Origin: an uncultured virus (IMG/VR IMGVR_UViG_3300030044_000012)
Lineage: Duplodnaviria; Heunggongvirae; Uroviricota; Caudoviricetes
IMG/VR virus record: IMGVR_UViG_3300030044_000012
Length of the DNA: 64,000 nt
Strand: one strand, 5' to 3'
Below the pieces are notes generated by a model. It was given only the letters and a program-made list of their open reading frames with translations. It was not told where the DNA came from and did not search any database. Position 1 is the first letter of the stretch; every line of letters starts with the position of its first letter. Made by a program: the position numbers and the translations under genes. Shown here piece after piece: positions 10,936-21,833 of the stretch.

Positions 10936-10938
10936 TCT

Positions 10939-11403
10939 TTACTCCTTGCATCCATCCAAGTCTTCGCGGAAATAATACGTTCCACAGTTTAGGCAGCGAA
11001 ATCGACCGGAGAACATCCCCATCCATTCCGTAATCTCCATATCCAAGTGGCACTCAGGACACTGCATATCTTTCTTGAATGCATATCCGCAGTCTGTGCA
11101 ATACCACTTAGATGGCACTTTATGCGTACCCCCACCTCCAACGGCGATGTTTTCCCAGTTCGATACTTCCCACTTTTTAGATGGATGCTTACAGGCGATG
11201 GGTTCCATGTGAAGCTTGTAACAGTCGCTGCACCGATGTATAGTGGTGGGAACTCCGGTCTCGTTGTCGTGACCGAATCCCCATGCTTTAGAGTCAGCAT
11301 GGTTACACAGCCATTGAGCCAACCAGCGGGGCCATAGAGAGATAGAAACGCTGATTTCTCGCTTCCACCACCGGCTGGGCTTCTGGTACTCGGCAATCAT
11401 CAT
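10939..11403 (-). CDS. hypothetical Zn-finger protein
   Basis: Several CxxC pairs. Confidence 0.6.
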   Translation of the reverse strand: MMIAEYQKPSRWWKREISVSISLWPRWLAQWLCNHADSKAWGFGHDNETGVPTTIHRCSDCYKLHMEPIACKHPSKKWEVSNWENIAVGGGGTHKVPSKWYCTDCGYAFKKDMQCPECHLDMEITEWMGMFSGRFRCLNCGTYYFREDLDGCKE

Positions 11404-11740
11404 AGCTCGTAAAGCCTCGCCAGCTTGATAAGAGCTAGTTCAACAGTGGATAGAGACAGGTCAGGGCTAATGTCATCCCTAAGCCAGATTAGGATGTCTT
11501 GTACCGGAAACTTCATAGGGATGGTGTCAAAGATAACACTCATCCCCAACACAGCGGCGGAATCCACACCCCATCCCCAAGTCTCAGGAATGGGGTCGGA
11601 TTTAGTCTCCTGAACCAATTCTCTCAAGTGATCCAATCTACGGTGGGAAGCATAAAACTCATACCGAGTATGGATGTCACTGTTAAGTATGGTCACTCGA
11701 CGTAGGGTATCGTCCTCAAGTTTTTTGTACATGGCACCTA

Positions 11741-12247
11741 TTACTTCTTTCTCACTAAAGAATGTCCCTTGATGTGGAGTTTTTTTGCCTTCAACAAAGT
11801 CTCCCATTGTTTGCGGGTGCCGATGTCCCCGCGTGACAAGAGCCCTAGCTCTTCTTCACTACGGCTGAGAGCTTTGAACATCCCGTACAAAGGGTAGTCC
11901 TCTGAAACAAGAGTTTCTTTGCGATGCAGAATCGGTTGGTTGGTTGTCTTCGTAAAATCTGAAATACAGCACTGCTTGCTTGGCAAAACTACCGTAACAC
12001 TATACTTCAGTGCCGGGTGTGGGTTGGTGTCAAAATCAGGGCAACTAAGGAGGCACACATGTAGTCTGTCAGGTGCCACTTTTACCACATCATAGTCAAA
12101 CTCCCCTGCTATTAAGAGAGCCCTCGCCACCAACACTCGCAAGTCTGTTGGGAGGTGGCAAATATTACTTTTGTGAGCATATAGAGGTGTGGATAACCAC
12201 GTCTCCGCCACGGGGCATTCAGGCAACTCAGCAGCTATTGCTTCCAT
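11741..12247 (-). CDS. stand-alone domain resembling DNA phosphorothioation-associated putative methyltransferase
   Basis: FDTNPHPAL..S, N.PILHRKET.V...YP.Y..F..L...EE..GLL and IGT...W..LL motifs. Confidence 0.65.
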   Translation of the reverse strand: MEAIAAELPECPVAETWLSTPLYAHKSNICHLPTDLRVLVARALLIAGEFDYDVVKVAPDRLHVCLLSCPDFDTNPHPALKYSVTVVLPSKQCCISDFTKTTNQPILHRKETLVSEDYPLYGMFKALSRSEEELGLLSRGDIGTRKQWETLLKAKKLHIKGHSLVRKK

Positions 12248-12971
12248 GGTGCGTCAGTCCTTGTGGTAACAAGGTACACACTTTTTCAGTGAGTATCTTT
12301 TTCAGATGTGTGTTCATCTCGGGGAGAGGATCAACCCCACCCAATTGTCGATACAGAGAATACAAATTCGTACGGCCAGTTTCATTGGTTACTGCTTTGC
12401 GAATTTTCTTCTCCACCTCCTCCGGAGTGTCATCTAAGAAGAGACAGCCATCCGGTTCGCTCTTGCTCATTTTTTTGGTCGGGTCGGTTAAACTCATGAC
12501 GCGACCGGCAGCGGGGTTGGCGATTGGTATTTTGACTTCCTCACCAAAGGTCTTGTTGTACCGGGCGAGGAGGTCACGGGCAAAGTTCAAGTGCTGGGAT
12601 TGGTCTTCCCCTACAATTACCTCATCGTATCCAGCCACGTCATGAACCATAAGCACTGGATAAACAAACAAATGAGCCGTCTTCTCATTACTGGCACGAA
12701 ACTGGGTCATCCGGTTCAGTTCGCCCGGATACGTCAGTGCCAACAGCCGAAAATATCGGGTGGCGTCAAAGGTGTTTTTCTGATGCTCTATATTCTTAAC
12801 ACCAAACTGCGACAAAGTAAATACCACAGAGGCAACCATTTTGTCTGAGCAAAAAGGAGCATGATATGTGGCAATTAAAACGGTCGCCCCGGATAGGGCT
12901 GGTTGAATACAAGCGAAGTAATGACCAAGGTGCAACCGCCCGGTTGGGCGGAGGCCGCAGAGAGATTTCAT
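12228..12971 (-). CDS. trpS: compact tryptophanyl-tRNA synthetase
   Basis: GLRPTGRLHLGHY (HIGH), YPVLM..D, VGEDQ.QHL..ARD and KMSKS. ATG at 12971 has a GGAG SD. Confidence 0.9.
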   Translation of the reverse strand: MKSLCGLRPTGRLHLGHYFACIQPALSGATVLIATYHAPFCSDKMVASVVFTLSQFGVKNIEHQKNTFDATRYFRLLALTYPGELNRMTQFRASNEKTAHLFVYPVLMVHDVAGYDEVIVGEDQSQHLNFARDLLARYNKTFGEEVKIPIANPAAGRVMSLTDPTKKMSKSEPDGCLFLDDTPEEVEKKIRKAVTNETGRTNLYSLYRQLGGVDPLPEMNTHLKKILTEKVCTLLPQGLTHHGSNSC

Positions 12972-12984
12972 AGCTGGCTCCGAT

Positions 12985-13554
12985 TTAATGGATGAGTTCG
13001 TCGTTGTAACGCAGATGTGGGTGTAGGTACTGGGGCGGTACTTCATCCACGAGCCAGACTCCATTGGGGGTTAGGTAAAAATGAATCCCGTTTTGATGCA
13101 TGTCGCCGGTCCTCACCGTTAACACCACCGGCTTACCATGTCGTTCACCGACCTTGAAGGCCGTCTGCAAATCCGCAGACAGGTGAACGTGGTGTCGGGA
13201 GCCCTTTATCAAACCTAATCTCAGGATGGAGCCAAGGAACCGTCTTGCGGTGCCGTGGTAGAGGAGCTTAGGTGGCTCCACAGGGTCATACTTAAGATCA
13301 ACCTTGATGCTGTGACCTTGAGATGCCCGGATTCGTTTGCCGTCGTCGGAGAACTCAAAACGCTTTTTGTCGTTCTCAGCTACAACCTCGTCAAGCTCTT
13401 CGCGGGTGATTTTATGCCCATGGGAAGCGCAACCCTGAAGGAGTTCTGCCACGGGGCACCAACCAGCCTCATCAAGGGTCAGGCCAGCTTCCTCGGGCTT
13501 GTGCCGCAAGATCAGGCTAAGGAACTTACTTGTACGTACGAGAGGGGTCGTCAT
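12985..13554 (-). CDS. kptA: RNA 2'-phosphotransferase (Tpt1/KptA)
   Basis: SKFLSLILRH, NDKKRF, IRASQGHS, LYHGT, RHHVHLS and NGVWL motifs. Confidence 0.95.
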   Translation of the reverse strand: MTTPLVRTSKFLSLILRHKPEEAGLTLDEAGWCPVAELLQGCASHGHKITREELDEVVAENDKKRFEFSDDGKRIRASQGHSIKVDLKYDPVEPPKLLYHGTARRFLGSILRLGLIKGSRHHVHLSADLQTAFKVGERHGKPVVLTVRTGDMHQNGIHFYLTPNGVWLVDEVPPQYLHPHLRYNDELIH

Positions 13555-13556
13555 AC

Positions 13557-13832
13557 TTACTCCGGTTGCGTGCTGCACACAGGGAGGTCGTGCTCGTCAA
13601 AAACATGTTCGGCCAGTGCGTAGGGAGGCCCATTCAACCAACCCTCTTCCTTGGCTTGGTCTTGGGATATAACCTTAATCCGGCAACCGTCTTGCGCGTG
13701 CAAGTCAACGCAAACAACTTCAATTTGGTCGATGCGAACGGCAACGACCACCCGAGTACCAATATCAGTACACTGATACTGCTTACCTGAGCACCAGAAG
13801 CGTTCACCAATTTTGAAATCTGAGAGTTTCAT
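13557..13832 (-). CDS. hypothetical protein (leaderless)
   Basis: GGTATAGT 6 nt before the ATG. Confidence 0.65.
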   Translation of the reverse strand: MKLSDFKIGERFWCSGKQYQCTDIGTRVVVAVRIDQIEVVCVDLHAQDGCRIKVISQDQAKEEGWLNGPPYALAEHVFDEHDLPVCSTQPE

Positions 13833-13865
13833 GGTTTAACTATACCATAGTTTAAGAATATTTTT

Positions 13866-13956
13866 TGGTGGGTGTGGAGGGATTTGAACCCCCACCATTA
13901 GCCCTCTCGGGTACGGATTAAAAGTCCGCTGTGCGACCAGATTACACTACACACCC
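13866..13956 (-). tRNA. tRNA-Lys(UUU) with long variable arm
   Basis: Acceptor GGGTGTG/CACACCC, loop CT-TTT-AA, 19-nt variable region with CCC-GAGA-GGG, CCA end. Confidence 0.88.
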
Positions 13957-13969
13957 ATGAAATAAATTT

Positions 13970-14044
13970 TGGTGGGTGCGGTCGGACTCGAACCGACATT
14001 TCGACGCTTAAAAGGCGAGTTTCCTGCCATTGAATGACGCACCC
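13970..14044 (-). tRNA. tRNA-Lys(UUU) with two anticodon-stem mismatches
   Basis: Cloverleaf with anticodon stem CTCGC/GCGTC and CCA end. Confidence 0.85.
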
Positions 14045-14058
14045 AAACACTTAAATTT

Positions 14059-14128
14059 TGGTGGGCGCGGAGGGAATCGAACCCTCGCCGAGTGGTTAAA
14101 AGCCACATGCTCGACCTTCGACACGCCC
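14059..14128 (-). tRNA. tRNA-Lys(UUU) with truncated D-arm (70 nt)
   Basis: D region is only TCGA-AGG-TCGA. Normal T arm and CCA end. Confidence 0.75.
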
Positions 14129-14161
14129 ATACAACAGTGTGGGCGCATAACCGAAAGGGAA

Positions 14162-14215
14162 CTAGACCCTTACGTTTATCCGACCACACTCGCGTTTTGT
14201 GCGTTTCAATGTCAT
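14162..14215 (-). CDS. putative leader peptide MTLKRTKRECGRINVRV before the Lys(UUU) trio
   Basis: Two AAA codons. The TAG stop sits in a hairpin loop. SD is weak. Confidence 0.35.
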   Translation of the reverse strand: MTLKRTKRECGRINVRV

Positions 14216-14389
14216 GTCTCAATCTCAGTCTGGACTACTTTACAGGCTGTCCACGAAGAACTTCTATTACACCGGGCTTCAGGCAGTTGCCACAAGCATT
14301 GGGTTTGATGACCACCGTCTTGTTCGGTGAAAAACAGCGGCACTGATTAAGCACCACCCCACACGAACATTTCTCAATAAAATGGTCAC

Positions 14390-14755
14390 TCATTTAGATG
14401 CCTTCTTGTCAAACTCAGCCTGAAGTTTTTCGTTCTCTTCAGGGGTGTTATCCTTATGATACACAGCTTCCCAACCAACAGCAACCATTAACTGATCGAA
14501 GTCCCCAGCGGCGTTAATCTTCTCGGTGAGCCCTATGACCCACTCACAGAAGCAGCCGGGGTATAAACTCGGAGTCCATTCCTCCTCGAAGCCATGTTCA
14601 TGACCACCCGCCTGAGCCTGTTTACGCTCTTCCTGACAGCCGGAGCACATCTGAGTAACAACGTAGGCTTCCGCTTCGTCCTCGGTCTTGAAGCCGCATC
14701 TGGAGGGGTCTTCAAAGCCCTCAGGCCGTGCCGGTAAATAAATAGCTGTGTACAT
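14390..14755 (-). CDS. hypothetical protein
   Basis: ORF fits the gene tiling. Confidence 0.6.
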   Translation of the reverse strand: MYTAIYLPARPEGFEDPSRCGFKTEDEAEAYVVTQMCSGCQEERKQAQAGGHEHGFEEEWTPSLYPGCFCEWVIGLTEKINAAGDFDQLMVAVGWEAVYHKDNTPEENEKLQAEFDKKASK

Positions 14756-15274
14756 CAGACCTCAATGAAACTGCTCGAATGGTATGCGGATTCAACAATG
14801 GTTTAAACTCGTCATATAAAGAACCCAAAGTTCCTTTATATGTTTTCGAGCGAACTTTGTGCTTACGCCAGTCAACTCCAGCTTGAGTTAACCGTATGGC
14901 TTTCAGTTGAGCCGAGGAGATAAGACAAGGAGTTGCAGTTGGGTCTTTACGACACTCTAGCAAATCCAAAACCAGTTCTCGCTTTGCTTCCCCTATTTCT
15001 CTTGCTGTGTACTCGGTGATGATACATAATCACCGCCCTCTGTCCACAACAGGAACCCCAGCAAGGCTTGCCGCCTTTAGTATGACATCGTAAGCTACGA
15101 TACCATACGCATCACCTAACCCACCAGCTACATGAGCAGCAATTTGAACCGCATCACAATCTAATACCCGATCTTTAATCAGCTTACGGGAGATTGCTGT
15201 GCTAAGTCCCTCTCGGCCTTCTTCTGTTTCCAGTCTTTGCTGGAGTCTTCGCCAATCCATTCAATCCTCAAATC

Positions 15275-15363
15275 TGGTGCCCCCGGCAGGATTCGAACCT
15301 GCGATTGAGATTTCTCTCGCGAGTTTAGGAAACTCGGGCCTTCGTCCGCTAGACTACGGGGGC
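15275..15363 (-). tRNA. tRNA-Arg(CCU) with long variable arm
   Basis: Loop TT-CCT-AA, V-arm GAGA-GAAA-TCTC, CCA end. Confidence 0.88.
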
Positions 15364-16409
15364 ATGAAACTTAAAACATAGAACGTTGGTACACCCGTTA
15401 GATTCATTATGGTTAGGACTTGCACACTGAACCATAAGGTGTAGCACTTGTTCAGTATCTCCACAAAAAGGGCACTTACTTTCGGTAGTGTACATGAAGC
15501 TACCACAATTCCCACAACAAAAACTTTGACCTTCTTCGCCATGGTACATAAAACTTCTGGCGGGACTACGGCTGAGACGAAGTTTTAGTTGTTCTTTGGC
15601 TTCCCTACTTGATGACATTCGTCACCTCTTTAGAGATGCGGTTCTGACGTTCCTTGTGCAATTGTCCACGCCAGTGCAATCCTAAAAATCCTACGAATGC
15701 GAAGAGCACAGTCTGTGCAGCACTGAGCCAAAGCAACTGGTTGACGAGTTCCTGATACGTCTCACAACTCATACGGACTCCGGGCTCCCAACTCTTTCAC
15801 TGTTTCGATGTCTTCAACTTTGAGCAACCGACGTTCCAACATGTGATTGAAGAAACGAGTTCGAGTGTTCATGAACTTCTTCAATCCCCGATTCTTCTGA
15901 GCGATGCCGTGCTTCCCGCATGTTGAATCCCATCCCCCACCATTCCGGCCTTGGCCGACGTATGCGGTGATTTTCTCAACAAAGCCGCGTTGGTGATTCG
16001 TCTTCACAATATTCCTTAAGCACAGCCTCGGTTACATCAAAGGGTTCAACGTCGATCATTGCTTTGACCTGTAACCCCGACTCGGGCATGTTCCTGCACC
16101 CTTCACAATTGGAATGCCACGTACACGGATGCTTCTCACACCCTATACCATAGTCACCATGCAAAGTCAACATACCTTACTCGCCTTGCTTTCAAATGCG
16201 TATCTTACCACAGACAACGGCCAAAATAGACACCAAAAAGTCAGGGCAGAGTAAAACACCCATTTTTGCTTCCGTGTGTATCTGGTGGTCGTATCCCCTA
16301 GAGGGAATGACATGACCAGCATAAACAGCCCGAGAGCGAGGCAAATATACGAGGTTAGACCGACTAAAAGCAGTAGCATATTAAGTCCTCAAACTGTGCT
16401 TGACAACCT

Positions 16410-16484
16410 TGGTGCCCCCGGCAGGAATCGAACCTGCTTCCTCGATTTAGAAGATCGGTGCCCTATCCATTGGACGACGAAGGC
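16410..16484 (-). tRNA. tRNA-Arg(UCU)
   Basis: Cloverleaf with loop CT-TCT-AA and CCA end. Confidence 0.9.
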
Positions 16485-17054
16485 AAAACTTGTTAGTACC
16501 CATCAGAGAGGTTCGCCAAACCCGGTTTGATTAGAACCCCCCATTTGTCGTAAACAGCTTCGGTCGAGTTGGGGTCGATGAACCCCATACAATACCAATC
16601 GCTTCGACCGTGAATCCACCTCGGTGCATGACACTTGAAGCATTCAACTTGCTCCAATTCTTTGATGTCAGGCATTGGTGTACCCCATCTTACAAAAGCC
16701 ACAGGTGCAGCCAGCTTCATGCACTGTGGAGCCCCGCTTTTCGGCTTCTACTCTAGCGGCCTCACCACAGTTGCCACAGTAGACTTCATTCATGTCGAAG
16801 TCACACCATACAACTTCATTTACAGCTACGCGACTGTCACAACCGCTACAATCAGCTTCGTTCTCCGCGTTTATCCAAGGCATATCACTGTACCGGACCG
16901 ACGAACGGATAACCGCGTGGCAAACAGTACATTCCAACCATCCAAAACAAGTGAACCTGTAGTCGTGACGAATACACATATTTCACTCCTAAAAAGGCTT
17001 CTCGCAATCCGTCCGGACGGACTCCCCTATCATCCTCTTAATTGAGGGTGATAG

Positions 17055-17624
17055 CTATTTTTCTAGTTCGATATTCCAATAAGCGTATGATGCCTTTTCC
17101 GCATACAACCAATTCTGCCACTCGACCCATTCCGGCCTGATGTGCTTGATGTGCAGCCGGAAGTTGAACCGAGGGTCATCGACCTTCGGTACGTAAGGCT
17201 GAGTACGAAGAGGCATATTTGCTTGCTTCGGGGTCATACCTGCCTTGGCCTTGTTGCACTTCTGGCAAGCTACAACCACGTTCATCCAAACAGTAACACC
17301 ACCCTGACAACGGGGGATGACGTGCTCAATCTGGAATTCTTCCGTCGAAACATGCTTACCGCAGTATTGACAGTTACCCTCGTCCCTGATGTAGATGTTA
17401 CGGCGAGAGCAAGGAACAGACATCTTCCTCTTCTTCGTCCAAGCGTTCTTCACTTGAATGACGCGGGGCATACCCATCTCAAAAGAGGTTGAGTGCAGCA
17501 TACGCCCACCCTCGTCTTCCTTGATGATGTTAGCGCGGTCTTCCCAGTAAAGCTTGACCGCATTCATCCAGTCGGTGAAACCGACAGGCTTCCAGTTCAT
17601 GTCGAGAACAAGAGTGTCATTCAT
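17055..17624 (-). CDS. HNH endonuclease
   Basis: RD...CQYCG, IEHVIPR..GG, N.V.AC..CN..K. Followed by a hairpin at about 17027-17054. Confidence 0.9.
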   Translation of the reverse strand: MNDTLVLDMNWKPVGFTDWMNAVKLYWEDRANIIKEDEGGRMLHSTSFEMGMPRVIQVKNAWTKKRKMSVPCSRRNIYIRDEGNCQYCGKHVSTEEFQIEHVIPRCQGGVTVWMNVVVACQKCNKAKAGMTPKQANMPLRTQPYVPKVDDPRFNFRLHIKHIRPEWVEWQNWLYAEKASYAYWNIELEK

Positions 17625-17799
17625 TGTGAACGCTCCTTACATACCTAGTGGTGATGCTTCATTGTCTCCCCTTGCACGGGTTGGATTTAGTTACTACTTC
17701 CCAACTCTTCGGAAAGTATAGCCGTCAGATAGCGGTGGTTTAGTGCTATTCCTTGAAGGGAGTATTTTTCATCTCCTCTCCTCACACTGGGGTGACCCA

Positions 17800-18240
17800 T
17801 CATCCCCGCTGGCTCAATCTCGTCATTGAAACCAAAGCTCCATGTTCGAAGATGGCGTCATACTCAAACCACTCAACCTCAGGTTTCGGAACAGGCTTCC
17901 CGTCCTCGCCCAACATTTCCACTTTGCCTTCTCCTTCAAAGGAAATCAAAAACAGATTTCCTGAATTCTCATCCCCGTAAAAGTTCAGGACTCCTGAAAA
18001 ATCTACAGGGTTCCAGCCCTTTGGAATCCTTGTACAGCTTCCGACCAAACGGGCAAATCCTTCGGCGCTTGGATCACTGCGGTCCTCGACATCATAGTCT
18101 TCAACCTCCAGCTTTCCTTCAACGGTAATGCGATAGTTGTCGAAGAAGGTCTCCAGACTCTTGGTCTGAAACTCAAACTTCGTCGGGTCATCCAAACCCG
18201 GCAACGGATACTCGCAATGTACGTAGTCGAACATGCCCAT
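17800..18240 (-). CDS. hypothetical phage protein (MGMFDYV...FQTK type)
   Basis: N-terminus typical of a recurrent phage family. Confidence 0.7.
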   Translation of the reverse strand: MGMFDYVHCEYPLPGLDDPTKFEFQTKSLETFFDNYRITVEGKLEVEDYDVEDRSDPSAEGFARLVGSCTRIPKGWNPVDFSGVLNFYGDENSGNLFLISFEGEGKVEMLGEDGKPVPKPEVEWFEYDAIFEHGALVSMTRLSQRG

Positions 18241-18416
18241 GTGATACCAAATTTCGTCGGCTTGTCTTTAATCACGTCGCAAGCAAGCCTGTTTGCAGTT
18301 ATCTCTGTCAATCGTTCATGTCTCAACTGTCTCAACTTAAAGGTGTTAAGCAACCTCATTGCACCAGTTTCGAATACTGAGAAGTTGGCGATGCCTTCAT
18401 TTAAGCCCTCAAATTT

Positions 18417-18492
18417 TGGTGCGTCGGGTGGGAGTCGAACCCACAACCTGTCGGTTAAGAGCCGAATGCTCTGCCAGTTGAGCTACCGACGC
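18417..18492 (-). tRNA. tRNA-Lys(CUU)
   Basis: Cloverleaf with loop CT-CTT-AA and CCA end. Confidence 0.93.
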
Positions 18493-19009
18493 ATGATCCC
18501 TTATTAAAGGGGTTAAAAGTTAAGGTTCACAGTGTGGTGCAGGAAGATGATTGCTGTCACTTCCACGACGACGTAGCTGACAAATACAAGAAACAGAATC
18601 CCAAAAATTGGGTTATCTTGCACGATGTCCAGAAGCTTATTCGCTAAATCCTTCACTATTTCCTCCGCTTATCTTCTTCACGCCATCGGTCGCGATATGC
18701 CTTCCAGCACTTGCGACAAACATTATGCTTCGACTCACCACGCATACGCTTATTGAGCGTCGTGCGAAAGATTGCCGGATACTTCCCACAATCCGAACAC
18801 GTCTGCGGCATGGGTAGCCGCCTTACTTCTGTACACATCCGGCATCGCTGAACCACTGAATGTTGATAACTGGCACTAACTCTTCGCTGGTGTCCGTCTC
18901 AACCCATTCATACGTGGCGGTCAGCTTGCTGGGCTTTGAATCGGTGGATTCCAGAATTACTTTGATGCTGTTCGTCAAAGCATTCGTAAGATTCACTTGA
19001 TCTGATGCA

Positions 19010-19879
19010 TCATACGACATTCAATCCCTCCAAGGCTCTAACTACGGCTCCCATATCGGAAGCGTAAAATCCAGAACTGTTCAAGGTGTTGATTTCTACC
19101 ACCTTGTACTCACCACCACAAAGTCCAATGTCCATCACGTATGCAGTGTCAATCGGCTCTGCATAGGTAGAGTCATAAGTGTCAGACTCTGAGCAATCCA
19201 CCGCCAGCATATCCTTCACGAACTCGACCATTGGATGAAACAATGGGTTGTTCGAATCTACCCTCTGGTACATTATCTGTCGCCCGAGAGTACGGTATGA
19301 ACTACCTGTTACTAGTGTACCATCAACTATGAAGAACCGTGCCTCAAGATCAATCTTTTTTGGCTCGGCGTACATCACGGGAGTCTCCGGGGTTAAGCTG
19401 ATGTACCCGTCGTTTGACAAATCCATTATCCGATTCTTCCACTCAGCCAGTGCCACCCCGTCAATGAGGGTGCCGCTGAACGACTTGGAATCATGCACCG
19501 GGCGAACGAACTTTGATCCTTCAAAATTCAGTTCACTGAACGGACAGAACTGAGCGTCATCATTGAGGAAGTGCGGACCAAACCGGGCCTTCAAGTACCT
19601 CATGTCGAACTTCTCGTTCTGAAACCGCCCCGGCTTCCAACCCTTCTCAACAGCGATGTGACCGAGGGTTGTCGCCCCCCAAACCATTACACTGCCCTCC
19701 AACTTCAACTCATGGGCGAACACAACGTCAGGGCCGAAGTTATGGTCGATAATGTCACCCTCTCTGGCATGAGCAAGAACCTTAACCACGGTGTACTGAC
19801 ACCCGTTTTCTTCGAGTGCGTCGAGCAAGGTCTTGAACCCAAACTCATTAAACAGGTTGTCTTGAACTATGTGGTGCAT
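19010..19879 (-). CDS. ATP-grasp protein (R2K/DUF4343-like)
   Basis: FVRP..D.KSFSG, E.RFFIVDG, YVMDIG and KVVEIN..NSSGFY motifs. Confidence 0.75.
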   Translation of the reverse strand: MHHIVQDNLFNEFGFKTLLDALEENGCQYTVVKVLAHAREGDIIDHNFGPDVVFAHELKLEGSVMVWGATTLGHIAVEKGWKPGRFQNEKFDMRYLKARFGPHFLNDDAQFCPFSELNFEGSKFVRPVHDSKSFSGTLIDGVALAEWKNRIMDLSNDGYISLTPETPVMYAEPKKIDLEARFFIVDGTLVTGSSYRTLGRQIMYQRVDSNNPLFHPMVEFVKDMLAVDCSESDTYDSTYAEPIDTAYVMDIGLCGGEYKVVEINTLNSSGFYASDMGAVVRALEGLNVV

Positions 19880-20163
19880 CTTCGTCGCTTTCTATCAACT
19901 CGGTTGAACAGTTGTCTTCGACTACACGAACATCCAGCCCGTCAACGTACGCCTTGATAGTGGGAACAAACTCCCATTCCTTGTAACGATCCCACGGGTC
20001 TTCAATCTCAAGAACCACTCGGAATCTTCTCAATCATCCACCCTGTTGAAATTCCCGTGGGTGTCGGAGACTACCTTAACTTCAACTTCCATCTTAAGTA
20101 TACCTCAGTGCTAATTGCACAAAAGGCTAATACTCGGAAACTTGGCTCACCCGAAAGGGACGC

Positions 20164-20259
20164 TTTGCGGTGCTAGTCGGTGTTCTCACCGGACAAGCTT
20201 GGGACATCCAATGTATCGCACTGGGGAGACCCTAGCTGGTGTTGTAACCACACCGCAAA
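20164..20259 (-). ncRNA. putative multibranched structured RNA
   Basis: Closing stems TTTGCGGTG/CACCGCAAA and GCTAG/CTAGC with internal hairpins. Intergenic. Confidence 0.4.
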
Positions 20260-20602
20260 CTTGTTACTTGCTGTACTTGTCTTTTAACTTTCCAGCTTCC
20301 GCCGCCTTCGTGGTGTAATACTCATATAGGTTCTTCGCCGAGTCGGCTGGTCTCGGGTACTTAGCGTATAGACTGACAGGTGCGTTCTTGCTACGCTCTA
20401 ACCACAGCGCCTTGGCCGCAGCAGCCTTCTGTTGATACTTTACTTGCAGGTTAGCATAATAAGCTGCGGTCTTCGGTGATTGAGCGTTTGCAAAACACGA
20501 CAGTAGAATGATGCTTACGAATAATGCTTTCATAAAATTACCTCCACTTATATAAGACTGGGGTAACCCATGAAGAATTTGGCAATTATTCATAAAACTT
20601 TT

Positions 20603-20676
20603 TGGCTCGGCGTCAGAGATTCGAACTCCGGTTAACTGGGTCAGAGCCAGTCGTCCTACCGCTGAACGAACGCCGA
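20603..20676 (-). tRNA. tRNA-Gln(CUG)
   Basis: Loop CT-CTG-AC, T1-A72 pair, G73, CCA end. Confidence 0.9.
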
Positions 20677-20677
20677 A

Positions 20678-21833
20678 CTATACTTCCTTAAGCACTTTCA
20701 TGCCAAGGAGGACCATACACTGTTGTAATACGCCAACTGCATAATGAAGGGCGTAAACGAACCCGGCATCACCATGCTGAATCGACTTCTTACCATACAC
20801 CTCTGACAGCTTCTTCGCCAGAGACAGAGCAAACTGTGCGATGTACGTAGGCTCCTTTTGGTCGATAGCCTTTTGCCAGTAGTATTGCAAGTAGCTGGCA
20901 AACCCACAAAGCTGGGCATCTTCCAGAGATAGAACATCCGGGTCACCTTCAATCGCAAAAGATAAAGCCTTGCTGACCTTTGCATTAGTGTGGGAGATGT
21001 AGATTCCGGGGCTTGTAATGTTGCACCAGTTCTTCACATCGCACACAGTGTCCTTACCTACTGACGTGGAGTTAAACTGCCACGCCAGCACGTTCCAAGC
21101 TAAATCGAAAGGGTGTGGCGTGGGTTTTAATACCGCAAGGGTCTCATTGATGAGTTCGTCGGCCAACATTAGGTTGACGTTCTCACCTTCCAACTTTACT
21201 GTACTCCGCATCTTTTTCTTATCGAGGCCGAGGACAAGCCCCATGGACAAATGTTTGTTGCCCACACCTAACGACTGAAAGTGTGAATGTTGTTCCTGAC
21301 CTGTAAGATAGAAATCAGGCTTCACAACTTCGGCGAAACTCAAGTCGTGTGCGGCGTAGGTTGCCGCTCCTGTAGACTTGTAGATCACCACGCTGCCCAG
21401 CATCTTGCATCCAGCGTACCCACCCTCACCTTCAGTGAGAAGCACGGTTGGGGCCGGTAGCTCATTGTCGAGATACATGACCGGACTGTATCCGGCGACT
21501 TGGCACCATGCCTTATACTTGGCAAGAGCACCCTCTACAACCCCATTGGCGGCTCCCAGCATCGCCACGGGTTTGGCTCCAGTGATGTTGGCAATCGCAG
21601 CCGCAATGCAAAGGTTTTTCAAATGCCCAACGTGAAGGTCTTTGTTCAGGTTAGGTGAAAACCCATCAAATATGATGCCTGATGGTACGGCCTTCGTCGG
21701 CCATTCCCAAGCTTGTGGGGTGACATGGTAGTTGTGAAATATTCCCGTGGGCTTATAATCAAACCCGACGAAGATACTCCAGTGAAGTCGAAGATGTAAT
21801 TCCGACTCCGATGTTCTCAGGCATTGGTTTCAT
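20678..21833 (-). CDS. argS: arginyl-tRNA synthetase split by a +1 frameshift near 21771
   Basis: FSPNLNKDLHVGH (HIGH, upstream of the TTG used by the ORF track), KSTG..TY...DL, GLV..DKKKMRS and EP..IA.F...LA...Y. The ATG at 21833 has an AGGAG SD but is in another frame. Confidence 0.82.

Noticed and set aside
20190..20215. Twister ribozyme (GTCCCAAGC)
   Set aside because: I could not place the pseudoknot partners or the cleavage-site loop.
20678..21622. ArgRS starting at TTG 21622
   Set aside because: That start would omit the HIGH motif encoded just upstream in the same frame.
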